A stretch of 63,075 bases of DNA, counting the filler, from Lenisia limosa (lineage: Eukaryota; Protista; Breviatea), in assembly GCA_001655205.1 (NCBI GenBank). It is 8 parts of 8 records of this genome, joined end to end, with 100 filler letters (N's around TTAATTAATTAA, not from the genome) between each part and the next. Parts side by side here need not be neighbours in the genome. Positions count along the whole stretch, not along the records: positions 50,330 to 55,882 come from LPNZ01010283.1; positions 55,983 to 57,691 come from LPNZ01009891.1; positions 57,792 to 61,165 come from LPNZ01007704.1; positions 61,266 to 63,075 come from LPNZ01003825.1; 4 more parts are not named here. One strand, written 5' to 3'. This document shows positions 50,480 through 62,450 of this stretch, in pieces (position 1 is the stretch's first letter; the number at the start of each line of letters is the position of its first letter). The notes below the pieces were generated by a model. It did no database searches, was not told the origin of the DNA, and saw only the letters and a list, made by a program, of their open reading frames with translations. The position numbers and the translations under genes were made by a program.

Positions 50480-53400
50480 ACTGACCCTTTTAGCAACCCC
50501 CAAAAGAAGAAGAAGAAGGACGATGGAGATGTGCCCGATTCCAATGCTGGAGAGAAGGACAGCCACCACCCGGGTATGTATGGATGGGGAGGTTGGATAA
50601 TGTGGTAAATTGTTACGCAAATAAAAAATCGATAGTTTTCGGATTGTTTTATTTTTAGAACCTCACTAAGGCAACTAGGTTTATGTATATGATATGTATA
50701 TGAGTTGCTTACAGTCCCGTAAATGACTGACTTTTTTTTTCGATAAATCCGCGATAAATATCGATATTTTACAGTTCTTTTTCGGACCTAGGGAATCCCT
50801 ATGTATTTTGCAAATAGTTAGTATGTACGGGGAGAATGGTGGTATTATGTNNNNNNNNNNNNNNNNNNNNNNNNNNNNNNNNNNNNNNNNNNNNNNNNNN
50901 NNNNNNNNNNNNNNNNNNNNNNNNNNNNNNNNNNNNNNNNNNNNNNNNNNNNNNNNNNNNNNNNNNNNNNNNNNNNNNNNNNNNNNNNNNNNNNNNNNNN
51001 NNNNNNNNNNNNNNNNNNNNNNNNNNNNNNNNNNNNNNNNNNNNNNNNNNNNNNNNNNNNNNNNNNNNNNNNNNNNNNNNNNNNNNNNNNNNNNNNNNNN
51101 NNNNNNNNNNNNNNNAATTTCGATACATTGATATATTATTCAGTGACCAGGATAAGTGTTGACCGATTTGGAATCTGTCCCAAAGAAAATTGGTCAAGAC
51201 TTATCACGGTTTTTTTTTGGAACTGAAATCTGACCCTCCTGCAGCCCACCACAGACACATCCGATTCGAAGCCGTCGGAACGTAAGAAGGACGAAGCTTC
51301 CGACACTGATAGCACCGGTGCTAACAATGAGGGCGGCGGCGGCGGCGAAGATACGCCTAAGGTGGGGGAATTTGGAGAGGAACGGCTATTTTGTAAAAAA
51401 AACAAACGTGTATATGCAAGTCTGTAATAGGTGTTAACAAAATGTGTGTGTATGGGGGGGATCAGTAATTATATTAAAATATGTTATTCCCCAATAATGG
51501 GGGAAAATTTCCAATAATAGTTGAATTCATATTTGTGTTACTAACGTCTTGTAGCCTGTAGAAGATTATACCCACTCGTGTATGAATTCTAATTCCCGCT
51601 CTCACCCTTTGTAGCCAGTTGAAAAGAAGGGCGAGGAGGAAAAGAAGGGATGGGTTCAAAAGGCTAAGGAGCTCAATAAGGACAAGAAGGAAGCCAAGAA
51701 GAAGTATAATGATGTAGGCCACAACTTATTGAACCAGTATATTCTATGATATATTTTCCATCGAAATTTCCTTCGCAACCAACAGAGTTGATTTGGGGTT
51801 TTTTTTGTTTCATAAATTATCCAATTTTACCCCCCCCCCCCAGGCCATGAAAGAGCTGAAGCCGCACCAGGAAAAGCTGAAGAAGACAGAAACTGACAAC
51901 AACACCAAGAAGAAGGCCCTTGATAAGGCCCAAAGGTGGGGAAATTGTTAGGATTAAGAGAGGTGCGTGGAATTGAGGGTGAATGGGGGGGGGGGAGACT
52001 TGCATATGGTGAGGTATAAGGGTTTTTCAAATTATAAACATATCAACCACTCACCCATATAGTGATTTGGACACGAAGACTAAAGCTCGTGAAACGGCGG
52101 AGAAACAGAAGGAAGCCGCCTCTGTGAGCTGGGAATTAGTTCTATAATATGTTTACACTTTGAATTTTTATTCCATATTTTTTAACCATGATTATGTTGA
52201 CGTCTTCGACTAGATTTATATTCTCGGTATATCATATTAGATTCCATTTTGTGTTTCATCAGTGTATTTTATACGCTTTAGTATATTTCTTAGCCCATTG
52301 TCGACTTGGATAATCTATTAATTTACCTTCCAAAAACTCACCATAAAAGGCTGAATCAAGCAAGATGGAAAAGGCGATCTCGGATAAGAAAAAGCAGGAA
52401 GCCGACAACCAGGCTGCCGCTGCCGATATTGCACAGAAGAAGTCTGACGTAGAAAACAATGAGGGGTGAAAGGGTTATTGAATTTTTGCAGTAATAGAGA
52501 TGTTTATACCACATTGAAGAAGTCTGATGTTGAGGGGGGGAGATATTTCTAGGGGTTCATCTTGGTTCGAAAAAGACTGGTAAAATATCGATAGTTTTCG
52601 ATGATCTATCGAGAAATCAGTCTTTTTTGAACCGAAGGGAATCCCGAGCTTTTTTTCTATGTTACATAATCATAATATACTATCATAGATCTTCAGTAGC
52701 TTTGGAGACTTTCCGACCACCATAATATATATTTATGAAGTAATCAAATGACAATTCCAGGGCCAAAAAGACTCAGAAAGAGGCGGACCTTGCATCCGCA
52801 TCTGCTGACAGGAAGGCTGCCCAGGACGCTCTTGCTGCTGACCCAACGTGAGAAGGGGAGGGGATCAGTTCGAAAAAAGACTGAGTGTTTCATAAAATGC
52901 TTCATAAGTACTTCATCAGTAATCAGCTTCGTCAACTACCGAAAAATACACGTACATAACCAGATTTCTGTATTAAATGTGGCTGGAACGCAGATTTAAC
53001 CATTTCACTTTAGAAATATTGACTTAACCAGGTTTATTTCCCGATTTAGTACCCCATAAAAAATAAATAACTACAAAAACAACACAGTCTTAAAAAGGTT
53101 TATATCCCCATTTAATACTCCAGTAACGCCGACAAGAAGAAGGCGGTTGATGATGCTATGGCAAAGGAGTCCAAGGCCAAGGCTGATAGCGCTGCGGCCA
53201 GTGCGGACTACGCTAAGAAAAAGGTGGGCCTAGATTTGTCGAAAAGTCTCTAAAAGGAAAGTCTGGATCATATACTAAAGAAAATGTTGGGAGAGGGGTA
53301 AGATAACGGGTATTAGGAGGATGACCAAGGAGAGGATATGGCAAGACATTGTGTATGGAGAAAATGTTGGGAGAAGGGTTATGATATAATTTTCTAATAT

Positions 53401-55770
53401 ATTATGACATGTTTTTTTTTTTTTGACTTTGTCTATCCAAGTATCCACATACGTTTAACTCGGCAGAGCGAGGTCGATGCTGCGGATAGAGCCAACAAGC
53501 AGGACAAGGAGAAAATCGCAAAAGAGGTGGGATGCTATTATGAGATGTGTTTTTGAAATAATGCCTCAGTGCTCTCCCTCCCCCTTCCTCCCAAGTTATC
53601 TTAACATACCTCATAAGGGCTATGTGCAAAAAAAAATTCTGAAATGGAGTTCTCTTTACAATTTGTCCCACGTCAAATTTTGAAATAATTTTTTTCAATT
53701 AATTGCACGGATCCATACTCTCCAACTCCCAAATTATTGACCCCCTACTATCACAATTGAATGGTCATGCAAATATCCCCGATTGTCGAGTTAAAACGTT
53801 TTGCTGACTGCACAGCTCGAGTCTTTTGAGACCCGTAAGGACAAGGCTGATCAGGACGCTGCTGCGGCCGATATCAAAGTCAATGAGGTTGGGCAGGGAG
53901 GTATTTATATTTGTAGGAATAGTAAATTCGTGAATGTTCATCAATTAATCATAATTCATTTCAATTTATCATAATCCACCAACATTCCATCTACTCATAA
54001 CCCACGTACTTCAAATCTACAGTTTCGACCGACATAGCTTTCTTCCAAGTATATTAACTACATTAGGCCAAGGACGCAGAGGCACTTAGCAAGGCTGAGC
54101 GCGACTCCAAAGCTGACGTAGGGGGTCTATGGAGCTCCTTGTGTTTAGAGCGTCTCTTCCGTTTGAAAAAAAGACCGGTAAAATGTCGGATTTGTCGAGA
54201 TATTCAGTCTTTTTTCCGAACTGAAGTGAAGCCCTATTTGTGCTGTTTCATAAGTTTTCGATGGGGCCTGGGCTTTGTTTGTTTGTTATTAAACTATTGT
54301 GTGTTGCTGTTGATTTTGGACTTTTTTGTTCTTAAATTATACTCACTTCTTAGGACAAGACGAAATCAGACGACGAACTGAAAGAAGCCGCGGAGAAGGA
54401 AAAGGAGTTTGCTGACAAGGCGAACGAAGCTTCCGAGCTCTCATCCAAGGCCAATGAAGGGTTTAATGAACGTGGGGGGGGGTAATGAACATGTACAGAT
54501 GATGGTTTTAACAAACATGGGGAGATATGATGAACATGGGGAGGGGAGGGGTTTTTTGTTGTGACATATTTTTTTCCTTTTACCCCCTCCACCCCCAGAT
54601 TTCACGCCGAACACACGCGGTGTGGGAGTGGGCATTGGAGAAGACGAGGACGAAATGGACGAGGACGGCTTCCTTCTCGACCAGGGCTGGCCTGACTTCT
54701 CAGGTCTGATTGTATATAATTGTTACGGTTTGAATAAATTGGAACGATTCGGTCCTGCTTGCCAAACTTTTCGCCTTCAGAATCAGTCCGGGCTGACTCT
54801 AGATGTACTTTCTGACCGCTTTCAGAGCCGGGCCCAGCATTGGACTTGGCTGAGGCCGAAATGAAAAGTGCCTACAAGGAGGTTGGTTGAAGAATCGAAT
54901 GTGGCTGCTTTGTTTTTTTTTTTTTTTTNNNNNNNNNNNNNNNNNNNNNNNNNNNNNNNNNNNNNNNNNNNNNNNNNNNNNNNNNNNNNNNNNNNNNNNN
55001 NNNNNNNNNNTAACCATTTAGGCTGCTTCAGCAATCTACGACTACTTGAAAGAGGAGGTGAGTATGGGATGATCTTGTTCTGGGTGATAGTTCACTCCGC
55101 AATATATTTGCTATCAATCTTGAAATTAGGGATGTCGAAAAGACCGGTAAAATATCGATGTTTATTTAGGATTTATTGAGAAATTCGGCCTTTATCTAGA
55201 TCAAAGTGAACTCCTATTTGCCTTCCATTCACTTTGTAGTTTACAAGCAATTCTTCGAGACGCTCCGATATCTATGAAACTATCGAGGGTATCTCGGCCC
55301 AAGTCAAGACAACGGTAGGACTTGATCTGTCAAAAGTGTTAAAAAATCCAATTATTTGTGACCTTTTTTTTTTTTTTTTATGCTTGTTTATTGGCTAAAA
55401 ATTCCTTCGAGGCTGAAATTACCAACTAAATCTTCTCAGGATGCCTCAGGACGTCGACTCAGCACCCCGCTGTACCACTTTGACTACGACTTTTACAACG
55501 AATATGCGGACGGATCTGATGACAGACGCCGCACCTCTCGCGATAGCCGAGTGAGCTGACCATCTCTTTTACCCCGGGCCGGGCTTTGTTTTTTTTATTT
55601 TGTTTTTGTGAGCCAACAGAGTTGATTTTGGGCTTTTTCTTTTTTTTGTTTAATGAAGTTTTTTATTTTACTTGCCAGCTGACACCCGAGTCTATCCCGA
55701 AGGCTGGCACGGGGCTGACCCAGTCGTCTCTGAGGTCCTCTATGACTCAGGATCGCAGAAGAGGAACAAA
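50480..55770 (+). CDS. Hypothetical Ala/Lys/Glu/Asp-rich coiled-coil protein (about 18 short exons; partial)
   Basis: Consecutive GT-AG-bounded open exons, e.g. AMKELKPHQEKLKK, AESSKMEKAISDKKKQEADNQAAADIAQKK, AKKTQKEADLASASADRK, DKTKSDDELKEAAEKEKEFADKANE. No family recognised. Confidence 0.6.
51775..51843 (+). repeat. Family C intron-3'-end cassette (3' half)
   Basis: CCAACAGAGTTGATTTGGGG..TTTCATAAATTATCCAATTTTAC(C)nAG. Confidence 0.8.
52550..52647. mobile_element. MITE family A copy
   Basis: TAGGGGTTCATCTTGGTTCGAAAAAGAC...GTCTTTTTTGAACCGAAGGGAATCCCGA. Confidence 0.65.
54146..54236. mobile_element. MITE family A copy with degenerate 8-bp TSD
   Basis: Matches the family consensus; flanks CTTGTGTT / TTTGTGCT (6/8). 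Confidence 0.7.
55127..55216. mobile_element. MITE family A copy (degenerate)
   Basis: Shares the core AAAAGACCGGTAAAATATCGAT...GGATTTAT.GAGAAATTC and both termini. Confidence 0.6.
55576..55678 (+). repeat. Family C intron-3'-end cassette
   Basis: Makes up most of a ~127-nt intron and ends at its AG. Confidence 0.8.
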
Positions 55771-55992
55771 GGTGAGTGGTTAGAATGGAAGAAAGGAGGT
55801 GAGACGAATATGAGGAACACCACTATGGGGAGGGGTAAGAGATTGAATGAGAGGTGTAGGGGAACAAGAGGAGCTTAAGGGGNNNNNNNNNNNNNNNNNN
55901 NNNNNNNNNNNNNNNNNNNNNNNNNNTTAATTAATTAANNNNNNNNNNNNNNNNNNNNNNNNNNNNNNNNNNNNNNNNNNNNTATATCAACA

Positions 55993-55995
<3 letters not shown>

Positions 55996-56028
<33 letters not shown>

Positions 56029-56066
56029 CACACACACATACAGACACATACATAAACACACACAGA
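55996..56066. repeat. (CA)n microsatellite
   Basis: Directly visible at contig edge. Confidence 0.9.
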
Positions 56067-56079
56067 AAACAGAATAACC

Positions 56080-57540
56080 CACCTTATCGTCCTTATTAAC
56101 CTCGTCAATTTGAAGGTCGAAATGGAAGTTGATAGCGAAGTTGAAGGTGCTGAAAAATAAGATGTTTATTTTTATTTAAACAAGAAATACACCTCCACCC
56201 ACATTGTTATAAATTAAATTAACAATACTCTCCAAAGTATATAGCAATGAGAAAAGAAAAAAAAAAACAAGGTTGTATCTGGCCGAAGGCGTCCGAACCA
56301 TCACGCTTATAAGAGATACTGGNNNNNNNNNNNNNNNNNNNNNNNNNNNNNNNNNNNNNNNNNNNNNNNNNNNNNNNNNNNNNNNNNNNNNNNNNNNNNN
56401 NNNNNNNNNNNNNNNNNNNNNNNNNNNNNNNNNNNNNNNNNNNNNNNNNNNNNNNNNNNNNNNNNNNNNNNNNNNNNNNNNNNNNNNNNNNNNNNNNNNN
56501 NNNNNNNNNNNNNNNNNNNNNNNNNNNNNNGTTTTTCGTTGCCCGTGACGGTTTGATGGGGACGGAGGAGTGAATGCAGAGTGGACTTTCTGGGGGAGGG
56601 AGAAGTTAAATCGGAAAATTTATGAAACAAAAAAAAAAGCCCTAAATCAACTCTGTTTGCTGATGACACATATTATCTAAATAAAGCTATGTAGTATGTA
56701 TATATCGTATAGCTGAGAAATAAAAAATAAAGATGTATCTGGCCGAAGCCGTCCACAGTACAATATTAATTCACACAACCAGTTGCCTTACAACTCTGTG
56801 AACACAGCTTTCTGTGTGCCTCCCCAGCATACTATATACATATGATATCATATGTAAATATATATGTGTACATGTATATATACATATATATATGTATATA
56901 TATTGATACACTATATAAAACCCCAAATTACCCCATAGCCCTACACAACTCCCCTAAAACCCTAACATTTCCCCAACCTGCACTCGTCAACCTCCCTTCT
57001 TCGTTCACTAGGTAGGGAATTGAGATGACCCTGGAACGAGAATTCAATATCCGTCATAGGAACACTGGAGTAGTCAATAGCTCGTGTGTAGACGGCGTCT
57101 TCAATTGCTTCTAGTACCGCTTCTGTTCGGTGAGTTGAATGTAACGTTATATTATTTTCCAGTTCAGCGCATGAAGATTCTATGCCCACCTCTGTCGCCA
57201 TCAGCGCCATTCTTATAGAGGAAAGTGATTGGGTCATCTTGGCTGACTTCATAGCCGGAAAGACTGAACTTCGGAATGCTGAGGCCTGGGGGGAGGGGGG
57301 GTTAAATTGGAAACTTACGTAACAAAAAAGCCCAAAATTAAACATGTTGGCTTGACCGGACTTTTTCGAAACGAAGCGAGCTTTGATATGCCGCATCCCA
57401 CAACTCTAGTGNNNNNNNNNNNNNNNNNNNNNNNNNNNNNNNNNNNNNNNNNNNNNNNNNNNNNNNNNNNNNNNNNNNNNNNNNNNGTCGAAGCGGCGTA
57501 ATATTCGAAATTAGGCGTTTCAGCTTCTAATTCCTCGACC
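56080..57540 (-). CDS. Hypothetical protein, internal exons
   Basis: Open exons VEELEAETPNFEYY (57538-57487), ASAFRSSVFPAMK...VDECR (57285-56975), KVHSAFTPPSP (56589-56531), each preceded by a C-rich acceptor. Confidence 0.4.
56711..56830 (+). repeat. Dispersed repeat family B copy
   Basis: Consensus with an internal deletion. Confidence 0.8.
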
Positions 57541-57791
57541 TGGGGGGGGGGGTAAATTGAAATCCAAAATAACTCTGTTGGGGATATATTTGGATAATTT
57601 TAAAAAAAGACTGACAAAAAATGAATAATTAAAAAAAAACCAGATGTGAAGAATAAAACCGTCCCGTCCCCTCTTCACCTCATCCACGACCNNNNNNNNN
57701 NNNNNNNNNNNNNNNNNNNNNNNNNNNNNNNNNNNTTAATTAATTAANNNNNNNNNNNNNNNNNNNNNNNNNNNNNNNNNNNNNNNNNNNN

Positions 57792-59345
57792 TGTTGCCTG
57801 CTTTCAAGGCCTCTTTTAATCCCATTGAGTCGTAGACCTTTCGCAATCGTTCATCTGCGACCGTTATCTTTTTGAAAAGAAGAATTGAATGTACACTCTT
57901 GGAGATACAGGGCTTTGTTTGGTTATTTTCAACCCTTGTTTTCCAAATGCTCTTTCAAACACAGTAAAAAACGACAAATCATCAAACACAAAAACAATAA
58001 ACTGTCAGTAGGTGTAACAAGAGAAAACAATGATTAGATCATCGCCGTTATACGAATAATTAAAGACTTCAATAATCATAATATGTAATATAGCAATGAG
58101 AAATAAAACAAGGATATATCTGGCCGAAGCGGTCCAGACCATCACTCTTATATATTGGATTATAGTATCATATTGATTCATAATAAGAAGAAGAATAGAT
58201 TCAAACCAGACTAAAAGAATTATAAAAAACTTCCCAAACCTCCAAGGATGTGAACAGCCAATTGAGCTCGTGTGTATCTATGGCGGTAAAATATCGATAT
58301 TTATCGAGGATTTATCCAGAAATTCAGTTTTTTTGGGACCGTAGGGAAGACCTATTTAGAACTGACGTCAAAAAGCTAATCCCTTTTTGANNNNNNNNNN
58401 NNNNNNNNNNNNNNNNNNNNNNNNNNNNNNNNNNNNNNNNNNNNNNNNNNNNNNNNNNNNNNNNNNNNNNNNNNNNNNNNNNNNNNNNNNNNNNNNNNNN
58501 NNNNNNNNNNNNNNNNNNNNNNNNNNNNNNNNNNNNNNNNNNNNNNNNNNNNNNNNNNNNNNNNNNNNNNNNNNNNNNNNNNNNAACGAAGGAAATTTCG
58601 ATGCAATTGACCAAAAGGTACCAATCGCGACCCGAATAATCTGAAACTCCAAACAAGCAACAAAAAAAAACAAGCAAAAGCAAACACAGATGCTGGGGCT
58701 TCCCCAAACCCCTCCCCCATCTTTACCACGTCCTATCCCCCCATCAGTAGGTTTTCACAATGGTCTGAAAAAGACTGATAATATATCGATAGTTTTCGAG
58801 GATTTAACAAAAAAATGCAGTCGGCCTGTCAATCATCCAGACCGGGTATGATGATATTTTGTTTTGACACCGTGTTGATATGAAACATATATATGGCCCC
58901 TTTTTCTGGAAACTAACCTGATTGCCTCTCGCAACTAGTTCGCTACACTCCAGCTGCAAAAGTGATAAAATGATTGGTTGGAAGGGTGAAGACGACTTTG
59001 GTGACAGAAACCATGAAATACGTATGTATTGTACGCTGGGGAGGCACGCATAAAGCTGTGTGCACAAAGTTGTAAAGCAAATGATTGGGTGAATAAATAC
59101 TATACTATAATCCAATATCTCTTATAAAAGCGTGATGGTGTGGACGGCTTCGGCCCTTGTTTTTTATTTCTCATTGCTATATATATCGATATGTCATTAT
59201 AGGTATAATATGGTTGGAAGGATGAAGATGAATTTGGTGAGAGAGAAAATTTAACTTTAATAATGCTGAACCCCAAACGCGCACCTCTCTACTGGAGTGG
59301 ATTACCTCATAGAGGTTGTGTCGCCTTCGCTGCATCTGGAAGGTA
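57792..59345 (-). CDS. J-domain (DnaJ-like) protein fragment
   Basis: Spliced YTRAQLAVHILG|DERLRKVYDSMG has the A..IL.D...RK.YD..G spacing of J-domain helices III-IV; RHNLYE at ~59320 may be helix I. HPD motif not seen (possibly in gap 58391-58584). Confidence 0.4.
59035..59178 (-). repeat. Dispersed repeat family B, near full-length copy
   Basis: Reverse complement of the consensus, flanked by (TA)n. Confidence 0.85.
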
Positions 59346-60352
59346 AATGAACAAATTGCGGACAGCCTGAAAAGACATGGGATATAATGTCTCAAGAGAC
59401 AAGGAATGTAATTCCGAAAATTATGAGAATGTAAATATTGGATATTCTGCAAACGTAAATTCTGGATATTTTGAGAATGAATGAATACATAAGACTCAAG
59501 GACAACTTTCGTGTATCCCACACACATACCTTAGTATTTTCGATCCAATTTATACATACTTCCTCTATGTACTACGTTACCTATCATTTTTCGCTCAGTG
59601 CTATGGTACCTCACATTCACTCGTATGATAATTGCCCAAAAAGTCTCAATGATACTCTGATACACTCGAGACGAACCCTCGTACTATCTTCGTTCATCAT
59701 TTCGACTCGAAATCGGTTATATGATTATATCACTAGTGGACATTGGTATTATTATTTTACCACATAACAAATCTGAGTTTTAGCTTCAACTTAAACAATA
59801 TTTCCAGCCTTGTCGGTTTCCTCTAAGAAAATCAGCTTTTTTTCGGAGGACATGGTCATCAGCTTGCGACAATATTGTGCTTTCACATGATGACAACTCA
59901 ATTTTTGATGATGTAAAGAAACCCCCCCCCCCTCCCCCCGTCCTCATACTGTTATTCCACTGTCAAAACGTGGATTTAAGAAGAAAGCTCGATGTCAGAA
60001 GAATCGTCGGGGTGGCGTAGTAAATGTTCCTTGAATACAATCTATAAATGGCGATCTCGGGGTTTCACGACAATAGCAATGAGTTCCGAAGTTTTGCCTC
60101 CCTTTGTAAAGATATCGGAAGAAACCAGAAACAACTGACCAAGAAAGGAAGACGAACGCGACTCGCCGGCCACATCATAGAGATAGGTACATTACGGCGG
60201 CGCAGTATTTAAATTAATTTTTTTAATTTTGAAATCTTTGCCAAATACAACCTTATAATTGCATTATTAGTCTGTCCTAAAACCGTTTTAACAGAGTAAC
60301 CTCAGGAAATAACAAAACTCCAATCTCAAGTAATCTGAATTTACCCTGCAAG

Positions 60353-60708
60353 ATGACAGAGAAGAAGCCAGAGGACATTATTTACTCTGAGAAGTACTAT
60401 GATGACTCATATGAGTACAGGTGAGGTACCTTTTTTGCAGTTGTCTTCTAATTTTTCTGTTTTACTCCTTTAGACATGTAATCCTTCCCAAGGCCATTGC
60501 TGATGATATGCCCAAAGACAAATTGCTAGCAGAATCAGAATGGAGAGGTTTAGGTTTGTCTTCTACCCAAGTTGTCCGCTTTGCTCACCTTCTTCTTTCT
60601 TTAGGCGTCAGACAGTCATTAGGATGGGTGCATTACTCAATTCATCGACCTGAGCCTCATATCTTGTTATTCCGCAGACCTTTAAACTACCAGCAAAACA
60701 TGCGCTGA
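60353..60708 (+). CDS. CKS1: Cyclin-dependent kinase regulatory subunit Cks1/Suc1 (exons 60353-60420, 60474-60553, 60605-60708)
   Basis: [23 protein letters not shown]|[26 protein letters not shown]|[34 protein letters not shown]. Confidence 0.96.
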
Positions 60709-61308
60709 TCCCCGTTTTTCGACCCCCTGTTTCTTGTTTGTTTCTTGTTCACCCCCTATAATCACCCCCTTTGATGCATTTGTAATTAAAATACTTCATT
60801 CCAGAGAACCGGCGCGATTTGGTGAGGAGGAAGGCGGGTTATCAATGTAGTATTCAAACCGTTTTAACCGTTTTGACTGGCTTCTCGGATTCAAGGAATG
60901 ATTGTCTGTCTTTTCCTGCCCTCTTTATTCATTCCCATGGCGTTTATTCTTGGTATGGGAGACTCTCTTTGAATTCCCTCTTGGTTTGCCTTTATTTTCA
61001 CTAATCTCGTTTTTTTCTTCATCTGTTTCCCTTTTTCTTACGTCATTGATTGAAACATTTACTTTGAGTATAAGATGTTCTTTGTGTTTCTCTATTCCAT
61101 ATTTATACCTATTTGCCTCTTTTTAAACAGAGACCGTATCCTTATTGGTGTTTGTGAACACATAANNNNNNNNNNNNNNNNNNNNNNNNNNNNNNNNNNN
61201 NNNNNNNNNTTAATTAATTAANNNNNNNNNNNNNNNNNNNNNNNNNNNNNNNNNNNNNNNNNNNNTGTTTTGTTTTATCAATTTTCCAATTTTTCTTTAC
61301 TCCCTCAG

Positions 61309-62450
61309 GCTGGAACCTCGTGGGAGACTGCTTGCCAGCCACACCCTTTGTGGTCGTGGTCGGTGGCGAAATTGACGACTTTGGCTATTTCCTGCTCCCA
61401 GCCAACCGATCTCTGGCCCAATGGAACCGGTCGTCTCTTCTCAGCGCCCCGCCAAACTACTTGTATTTCTCCAGCGCCGTGGGGGGGGGGATTAAGGGCT
61501 CTGTAGATCTTGTAGATCTAGGGATTATGATGATCAAAGAGCTGTAGGTCTAGGGATTATGATGATCAAAGAGCTGTAGATCTAGGGATTATGATGATCA
61601 AAGAGCTAAGAGCTGTAGATGTAGGGATTATGATGATCAAAGAGCTGTAGTCTAGGGATTATGATGATCAAAGAGCTGTAGATCTAGGGATTATGATGAT
61701 CAAAGAGCTGGATCTACCCGGGTTTTTTTTATTTCATGAATTTTCCATTTTATTGATGAGTACCTACAGAAATTTCCTTTGTTTTATCAACAGAGTTGAC
61801 TTGGGCTTCTTTTTTTTTTTCATAAATTTTCCAATTTTACTCCCCCTCCCTCAGGACCGCTTTGGCCTGGGTTTGGTACCTCTCGACACACCGTTCCTCA
61901 TTTTCCTTGGCAACTCCGCAAGTTGGGGGGAGGCATTATTTGGGATTTTTGCTAAGGGAATAGGTTTCTTTATTGGGGATCCCAAATAATGATGCCACTA
62001 CCACGATAGAGTTGATTTTGGTTTTTCGCTTCATAAAATTGTGAATATTTCCCCCCCACTATACATGCAGAAGCGACTGGCCCGGGCTTCTTTTTTTTCA
62101 ACCCTTGTGTGTTCTTGTCAAAGGCGTCGATTTTGGGTTCTTTTTATTTCATAATTTTTCCGATTTAAGCTTAATTTTTTTGTTTTATTAATTTGCCAAT
62201 TTACCCCTCGCAGCCGCCCCAGACGATGGAAGGCGCATCGAAGTGGCACTTCGCGCGTACGCAATCGAAAGCCCGTGCGAGAACTACATATCGGAAGCCG
62301 GCGCTCAGTTAACCGTCGGAGCGGCTAAGAAGCGGTTGCGCGTTATTATCCAGGCCAAGGGCGTCGACGTGCATATTCCAGCTAAATGCCATGTCGGCCT
62401 CTCTGTTGCCCGGGCCGCCAACGCCCGCGTCCCGAATAACGAGGTTGGGG
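61309..62450 (+). CDS. Hypothetical protein, internal exons
   Basis: Open exons at 61309-61480, 61855-61925 and 62214-62450, each following a family-C acceptor. No family recognised. Confidence 0.4.
61511..61708. repeat. Intronic minisatellite, 6 copies of a 32-bp unit TGTAGATCTAGGGATTATGATGATCAAAGAGC
   Basis: Head-to-tail units with no spacers, one 7-bp partial duplication and point changes. Confidence 0.92.
61786..61854 (+). repeat. Family C intron-3'-end cassette (3' half)
   Basis: Same consensus, ending CCCTCAG before an exon. Confidence 0.8.
62006..62213 (+). repeat. Two family C cassettes in tandem in one intron
   Basis: A partial copy at 62006-62060 is followed directly by a full copy at 62066-62213. 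Confidence 0.7.

Noticed and set aside
28078-61265. Recurrent TTAATTAATTAA palindrome inside N runs
   Set aside because: Always exactly N44+12+N44; a synthetic six-frame-stop contig linker, not biology. Adjacency across these points was not interpreted.
61511-61708. CRISPR-like array of 32-bp repeats
   Set aside because: Units are head-to-tail with no unique spacers, inside a eukaryotic intron, and no cas genes are present.
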